Of a stretch of DNA of 32,000 nucleotides, positions 16,697-32,000 are shown piece by piece. Both the position numbers and the translations under genes were made by a program. The notes below the pieces were generated by a model, which was not told where the DNA came from, ran no database searches, and saw nothing but the letters and a program-made list of their open reading frames with translations. This stretch comes from Synechococcus sp. A15-24 (GTDB lineage Bacteria; Cyanobacteriota; Cyanobacteriia; PCC-6307; Cyanobiaceae): NCBI RefSeq assembly GCF_014280195.1, contig NZ_CP047960.1, positions 540,001 to 572,000 of the forward strand. Direction: 5' to 3'. How positions within the stretch are numbered: the first letter of the stretch is position 1; each line of letters begins with the position of its first letter.

Positions 16697-16954
16697 TCAG
16701 CTCTTCGGCAGATCAATGGATGGTGCATCGGGGAAGGCATCGCCCTTCTGCTCAACACCCCTGAGGTCGGGATCCTGATTGATGCACTGGCGCTGTTGAT
16801 CAGGCGTTTTGAGGTATTGGCATACCCGGCTCCAAAGCTTGCTGCGGGTCCCTTTCGGACCATTGCTGAACTGCACGGCATCTAGCGTTCCACCATTGGA
16901 TTCAATAGACACCTGGCAGAGAGGGCAGCAAAGAATCTCCGGTGTGGCGGTCAC
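16697..16954 (-). CDS. Hypothetical small Cys-rich protein (possible zinc ribbon)
   Basis: 85-aa ORF with a GTG start, located upstream of rimP. It has 'CCPLC' followed by 'C(QYL)' and 'C(INQ)', a plausible 4-Cys metal site. No family was recognised. Confidence 0.45.
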   Translation of the reverse strand: MTATPEILCCPLCQVSIESNGGTLDAVQFSNGPKGTRSKLWSRVCQYLKTPDQQRQCINQDPDLRGVEQKGDAFPDAPSIDLPKS

Positions 16955-16972
16955 GGTTCAATGGCAAAGCAC

Positions 16973-16998
16973 GACGGGACACTAATCAGTGCCCCGTC
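16973..16998. repeat. Imperfect 11-4-11 inverted repeat in the divergent intergenic region (function unknown)
   Basis: GACGGGACACT-AATC-AGTGCCCCGTC, with 10 of 11 stem positions complementary. It lies 19 nt upstream of the GTG at 16954 and 137 nt upstream of the protease ATG at 17135. Confidence 0.3.
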
Positions 16999-17044
16999 TG
17001 TTGCGCTGGTTGATCAGTTGCAACCTTGAACGGAAATGCGGTAA

Positions 17045-18226
<1,182 letters not shown>

Positions 18227-18263
18227 AACCCTTGCTACGGTCGCGCCCAACCAATCCGGTTCG

Positions 18264-18983
18264 ATGGCCGATCTCCAGACCCAGATGAAGCAAGCGGTGG
18301 CCGATGCCGCCGTTGAGCAGATCAAGGACGGCATGGTTCTGGGTCTCGGGTCTGGTTCCACGGCTGCCCTGATGATCAAAGCCCTCGGGGCGAAGCTGGC
18401 CTGTGGTGAGCTGAAGGACATTGTTGGTGTCACCACCTCCTTCCAAGGTGAGGTTCTTGCCGCGGAGCTCAACATCCCTCTGCTCAGCCTCAATGCGGTT
18501 GATCGCATCGATCTGGCCATCGATGGCGCCGATGAAGTGGATCCAGGCTTTCAACTGATCAAAGGCGGCGGTGCCTGTCACGTTCAGGAGAAGCTGGTGG
18601 CAGCTCGCGCCGATCGGTTCGTTGTGGTCGTGGATTCCACCAAGCTCGTGGAGCGATTGAACCTGGGATTTCTGTTGCCGGTGGAAGTCTTACCCGGTGC
18701 CTGGCGTCAGGTTCAGCACCAGCTGGCAGCTCTCGGCGGCAAAGCCGAACTGCGCATGGCCCAGCGCAAAGCTGGCCCGGTGGTGACCGATCAGGGCAAT
18801 CTCGTTCTCGATGTGACAATGAACGGTGGGATTTCCGATCCGGCGGCACTGGAATCAACGGTGAACAACATTCCCGGTGTTCTGGAGAACGGGTTGTTCG
18901 TTGATCTCGTTGATGAGGTGCTGGTTGGAGAGATCACCGATGGGTCTGCGGGGGTTCGCAGCCTGGAGAAGCGGCTCAGCTGA
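18264..18983 (+). CDS. rpiA: Ribose-5-phosphate isomerase A
   Basis: '[12 protein letters not shown]', 'AIDGADEVD', '[15 protein letters not shown]' and 'GVLENGLF' are canonical RpiA motifs. Confidence 0.93.
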   Translation: MADLQTQMKQAVADAAVEQIKDGMVLGLGSGSTAALMIKALGAKLACGELKDIVGVTTSFQGEVLAAELNIPLLSLNAVDRIDLAIDGADEVDPGFQLIKGGGACHVQEKLVAARADRFVVVVDSTKLVERLNLGFLLPVEVLPGAWRQVQHQLAALGGKAELRMAQRKAGPVVTDQGNLVLDVTMNGGISDPAALESTVNNIPGVLENGLFVDLVDEVLVGEITDGSAGVRSLEKRLS

Positions 18984-20289
18984 GCCGCTTGCGGACGGAC
19001 TCCGCATGGCTGTGCAGTCCTTCGCTTTCCGCCAGTTCACACACCGCTGAGGCGGTGGCATCCAGAGCTGCACGGTTGAACTGGATCATCGAGGTGTGGC
19101 GCATGAACGTCTCCACGCTGAGGGCACCGCTGAACCGGGCCGCGGCGCATGTGGGCAACGTGTGGTTTGGGCCAGCCAGGTAATCGCCAACGGCCTCCGG
19201 TGACCAGGGACCCAGAAAGATGGCTCCGGCGTGTTGGATCCGATCGGCCACGGCCTCGGGACGCTCCACCAGCAGCTCCAGGTGCTCTGGAGCAAAGCTG
19301 TCACTGAGCTGGGCGCAGGTCTCGAGGTCGTCACAGACCACCACCAACCCCCAGTCTCGAAGTGAGGCTTCGCAGATCTCGCGGCGGGGATGATCCTCCA
19401 GCTGTTGTGCGATGGCGCTGCCTATTCCATCGGCAAGCTGGTGTGAGGTGGTGATCAGCACGGAGGAGGCGAGGGGATCATGCTCCGCCTGAGCCAGCAG
19501 GTCGGCCGCCACCTGCTCCGGTTGGGCGCTCTGGTCAGCGATCACGAGAACTTCGCTGGGACCAGCCAGCGAATCGATGCCCACCTGGCCGTAGACCGCC
19601 TGCTTGGCCAGGGTTACATATATGTTGCCCGGGCCGCTGATCACATCCACCTTGGGAACGCTTTCGGTGCCGAAAGCCATCGCAGCAATGGCCTGAGCGC
19701 CACCGATGCGCATCACCGTGTGAACGCTGGCCAGATGCGCGGCCGCCAGCACGACGGGACTCACCTGACCATCGGACCCGGCGGGGGAGCAGATCACAAC
19801 CTGTTCAACGCCGGCCACCCGTGCCGGGACCGCATTCATCAGAACGGTGCTGGGGTAAGCAGCCCGTCCACCGGGCACGTAGAGACCTGCCCGCTGCACC
19901 GGTCGCCAGCGCCGTCCCAACTGCTCGCCGTGGGCCCCTTCCATCCGGATGTCCTCCGGACGCTGCCGCTGGTGAAACTCGTTGATGCGGCGATGGGCCA
20001 GTTCCAGCGCATCGCGCAGGTTCTCCGGCAGGGCCTTCCAGGCTTTTTCCAGCTGGTGTTTGGGGACTGAAACTGGATCGGGCCGGAATCCGTCGAAGCG
20101 CTCCGTGAAGTCGCACACGGCAGCATCGCCCCGTTCATGAACCGCCTTGAGAATGGCGTCGACCCGGTCCTGAACATCCCTTTGCTGGCTGGTCTGGGTC
20201 CGGCGCGTCAACCGTTGCAACTCAGCCTCAGCCTGCTGTGGATCCCGGACGCAGCGCAGAGGGAAGGCCAGAGATCGGCTCTCGGACAA
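18976..20289 (-). CDS. hisD: Histidinol dehydrogenase
   Basis: 437 aa. '[25 protein letters not shown]', '[12 protein letters not shown]', '[11 protein letters not shown]' and '[11 protein letters not shown]' are HisD signatures. The start is TTG at 20289. The 3' end overlaps the rpiA stop convergently by 8 nt. Confidence 0.95.
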   Translation of the reverse strand: MSESRSLAFPLRCVRDPQQAEAELQRLTRRTQTSQQRDVQDRVDAILKAVHERGDAAVCDFTERFDGFRPDPVSVPKHQLEKAWKALPENLRDALELAHRRINEFHQRQRPEDIRMEGAHGEQLGRRWRPVQRAGLYVPGGRAAYPSTVLMNAVPARVAGVEQVVICSPAGSDGQVSPVVLAAAHLASVHTVMRIGGAQAIAAMAFGTESVPKVDVISGPGNIYVTLAKQAVYGQVGIDSLAGPSEVLVIADQSAQPEQVAADLLAQAEHDPLASSVLITTSHQLADGIGSAIAQQLEDHPRREICEASLRDWGLVVVCDDLETCAQLSDSFAPEHLELLVERPEAVADRIQHAGAIFLGPWSPEAVGDYLAGPNHTLPTCAAARFSGALSVETFMRHTSMIQFNRAALDATASAVCELAESEGLHSHAESVRKRLS

Positions 20290-20343
20290 GACAGATGGAG
20301 ATTCGGTTCAATCAAGCTAGAGCCCGAACCAGTCACCAGCTGA

Positions 20344-20679
<336 letters not shown>

Positions 20680-20701
20680 TCGACCGAAGCCGGCAGAATG
20701 G

Positions 20702-20722
20702 GGCTGAAAGCGCGTTTCAGCC
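20702..20722 (+). other. 8-bp hairpin between rpsT and tatD that sequesters the leader motif just upstream of the tatD GTG
   Basis: GGCTGAAA (20702-20709) pairs with TTTCAGCC (20715-20722) around a 5-nt loop. No U-tract follows. Confidence 0.35.
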
Positions 20723-20725
20723 TCT

Positions 20726-21514
20726 GTGTCGTCCACACCAACGTTGATTGACAGTCACTGTCACATCGTTTTCAGAAACTTCGACGACGACCTCGATGAG
20801 GTGGCCTCCCGCTGGCGCGAAGCAGGGGTCAAGGCCCTGTTGCATGCCTGCGTGGAGCCGTCCGAAATTCCTGCGATTCGGGCACTGGCTGATCGCTTCC
20901 CTGAGATGCGTTACTCCGTGGGGGTTCATCCCCTGGATACGGAGCACTGGCGTGACGACACCATTGCGGTGCTGAGACGTGCATCGCTGGAGGACGAGCG
21001 GGTCGTTGCCATTGGCGAACTGGGGCTTGATTTATTCCGTGACAAGAACCTCGAGGAACAGCTGCAGGTGCTCCGTCCGCAGCTGGATCTGGCGGTGGAG
21101 TTGGATCTGCCGGTGATCATCCATTGCCGTGATGCCGCTGAGCCGATGCTCAACGAGCTTCGTGCACGCGTTCCTGACGGTCGCTGTCCCCGTGGGGTGA
21201 TGCACTGCTGGGGCGGGACCCCCGATGAGATGGACGGCTTCCTGGAGCTCGGTTTCTACATCAGCTTCAGTGGCACGGTCACCTTCCCGAAGGCTGTCCC
21301 CACCCATGACTGTGCGCGTCAGGTGCCGGAGGATCGCTTTCTGGTGGAAACGGATTGCCCCTTCCTGGCGCCGGTGCCCCGGCGGGGCAAACGCAACGAA
21401 CCTGCTTTTGTGGCGTCGGTGGCCAACCGGGTGGCTGAACTCCGCGGTGTCGACCTCGACACGGTTGCGGCCAGCAGCACCGCCAACGCCCGTCGTTTGT
21501 TCGGTCTTCCATAA
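20726..21514 (+). CDS. tatD: TatD-family metal-dependent hydrolase/DNase
   Basis: 'LIDSHCHI', 'GVHPLD', 'AIGELGLD', 'PVIIHCRDA' and 'LVETDCPFLAP' are TatD/amidohydrolase metal-ligand motifs. The start is GTG 20726, or TTG 20744. Confidence 0.9.
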   Translation: MSSTPTLIDSHCHIVFRNFDDDLDEVASRWREAGVKALLHACVEPSEIPAIRALADRFPEMRYSVGVHPLDTEHWRDDTIAVLRRASLEDERVVAIGELGLDLFRDKNLEEQLQVLRPQLDLAVELDLPVIIHCRDAAEPMLNELRARVPDGRCPRGVMHCWGGTPDEMDGFLELGFYISFSGTVTFPKAVPTHDCARQVPEDRFLVETDCPFLAPVPRRGKRNEPAFVASVANRVAELRGVDLDTVAASSTANARRLFGLP

Positions 21515-21668
21515 ACTGAGTGGAAAGCATTCAAGTCTGATGTGTAAGATGATGTATTGGCCTGGCCATGGATCCGGTTCGCCGAATCCGTGGAGCCCGA
21601 AGCGTCCATTCCCTTCCGGTGCACTTGTCGTCGTCAGCTGATCTGACCCTCGATCTCTGAGCTCAATT

Positions 21669-21713
21669 GCGGCGCTGCCGGTCCCTTAATCGGGACGGGC
21701 AGCCGCCGCTTTT
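21669..21713 (+). terminator. Strong GC-rich hairpin plus T4: intrinsic terminator or attenuator between tatD and rpoB
   Basis: The stem has 16 bp in three helices (6+5+5), interrupted by one bulge and one mismatch, with loop TTAATC and then TTTT at 21710-21713. It lies 155 nt after the tatD stop and 79 nt before the rpoB ATG. On the opposite strand no T-tract follows it. Confidence 0.55.
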
Positions 21714-21791
21714 GCTGTCTCGGAGCGATGTGGTTGTGCTGATGGTGTTCGTCCAGGTCGTGTCCCTTTCGTCCTCTCTGCCGGTCCCCGC

Positions 21792-25085
<3,294 letters not shown>

Positions 25086-25135
25086 CGGACCGAACGGATC
25101 ACAACGACTGACACCCCTTCCTCCAACCGCCGTCC

Positions 25136-31182
<6,047 letters not shown>

Positions 31183-31217
31183 TCACCGCCTCCTGCCATC
31201 CCATCGCTGAACCATCG

Positions 31218-31370
31218 ATGCTTGAGCCCAATGACATTCCCCAGCGTCGTTTGCCACGGTTTGGCTTCCACGGTCACACCGAGAAGCTCAATGGACGTGC
31301 CGCCATGCTTGGTTTCATCACCCTGCTCGCGGTGGAGATCAAGCTTGGCCACGGTCTTTTGATCTGGTGA
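31218..31370 (+). CDS. hli: High-light-inducible protein (HLIP; single-helix CAB/ELIP/HLIP family)
   Basis: This 50-aa ORF was not in the supplied track because it is under 60 aa. The sequence is '[50 protein letters not shown]'. It carries the chlorophyll-binding helix motif E-x-x-N-G-R-x-A-M-L-G-F. Confidence 0.85.
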   Translation: MLEPNDIPQRRLPRFGFHGHTEKLNGRAAMLGFITLLAVEIKLGHGLLIW

Positions 31371-31375
31371 GCCAG

Positions 31376-32000
31376 ATGTTGCTCGGTCGCAGCGCGGCCG
31401 AGCTGGAGAGCTGGGCGGTTGCTCAGGGGCAGAAGCCCTTTCGTGGGCGGCAGCTGCACGACTGGCTCTACGCCAAGGGAGCCCGATCCCTGTCGGAGAT
31501 CACCGTCCTGCCGAAGGCTTGGCGGGAGTCTCTCAAGGAAGACGGTGTTGAGGTCGGTCGCCTGAATGAGGTGCATCGCTCGGTTGCCGCAGACGCGACG
31601 ACCAAATTGCTGTTGTCCACCGATGACGGCGAGACGATCGAGACCGTTGGCATCCCCACTGATCAGCGGCTGACGGTCTGTGTGTCCAGCCAGGTGGGCT
31701 GTCCGATGGCCTGCCGTTTCTGCGCCACCGGTAAAGGCGGCCTGCAGCGCTCGCTGCGCACCCACGAGATCGTTGATCAGGTGCTCAGCGTGCGAGAGGT
31801 GATGGATCGCCGGCCCTCCCACATTGTGTTCATGGGCATGGGGGAACCTCTCCTCAACAGCCGGGCAGTTCTCGATGCCATTCGCTGCCTGAATGACGAC
31901 CTCGGGATTGGTCAACGTCGGATCACGGTGAGCACCGTTGGCGTGCCGAAAACCCTTCCGCAGCTGGCCGAGCTGGCTCTGGCGACCCTCGGTCGGGCCC
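31376..32000 (+). CDS. rlmN: 23S rRNA/tRNA (adenine-C2)-methyltransferase RlmN, radical SAM; 3'-truncated by the window end
   Basis: I translated this by hand; it is absent from the track because there is no stop within the window. The sequence '[32 protein letters not shown]...[28 protein letters not shown]...[11 protein letters not shown]' contains the CxxxCxxC radical-SAM motif and the RlmN N-terminal domain. An alternative in-frame GTG at 31367 would overlap the hli stop. Confidence 0.9.
   Translation, partial: MLLGRSAAELESWAVAQGQKPFRGRQLHDWLYAKGARSLSEITVLPKAWRESLKEDGVEVGRLNEVHRSVAADATTKLLLSTDDGETIETVGIPTDQRLTVCVSSQVGCPMACRFCATGKGGLQRSLRTHEIVDQVLSVREVMDRRPSHIVFMGMGEPLLNSRAVLDAIRCLNDDLGIGQRRITVSTVGVPKTLPQLAELALATLGRA

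Noticed and set aside
21541-21560. A TAAGAT '-10-like' hexamer as a promoter for an sRNA or for rpoB
   Set aside because: There is no properly spaced -35 or extended -10 (TGn) element. A single hexamer match in 277 nt is expected by chance.

Overview
This window looks like core chromosome from a high-GC picocyanobacterium of the marine Synechococcus type. The evidence is the split rpoC1/rpoC2, an HLIP gene, and the rpsT-tatD-rpoB-rpoC1-rpoC2 gene order. Genes are tightly packed, and several pairs share ATGA or GTGA stop/start overlaps.

Order from left to right:
- gluQ (+)
- three small ORFs
- a minus-strand block: sdhC-sdhA-sdhB, then a signal-peptide ORF, then an MscS-family channel
- a plus-strand two-gene cassette: a prokaryotic Cys-loop (pentameric ligand-gated) channel homologue coupled to a membrane-anchored family-3 solute-binding protein
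- a low-GC spacer and tRNA-Thr(CGU)
- a DUF3493-like gene that overlaps, convergently, a membrane protein with a low-complexity tail
- the minus-strand rimP-nusA-ylxR-infB operon
- a Deg/HtrA protease, rpiA, hisD (-), rpsT, tatD
- rpoB-rpoC1-rpoC2
- a 50-aa HLIP that the ORF track did not list
- the 5' part of rlmN

I saw no CRISPR array, integrase, transposase or recognisable defence system.

The most unusual items:
- the channel + binding-protein cassette (7165-9374) beside the tRNA
- the frame-shifted or overlapping pair of a periplasmic domain and the MscS channel, in a low-GC stretch
- a 222-nt antiparallel gene overlap
- a perfect 39-bp tandem repeat inside infB
- a 12-mer shared immediately before the GTG starts of rpsT and tatD
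- a structured 277-nt region ending in a strong terminator-like hairpin upstream of rpoB

All family assignments were made by eye from motifs in the translations. No database search was run.
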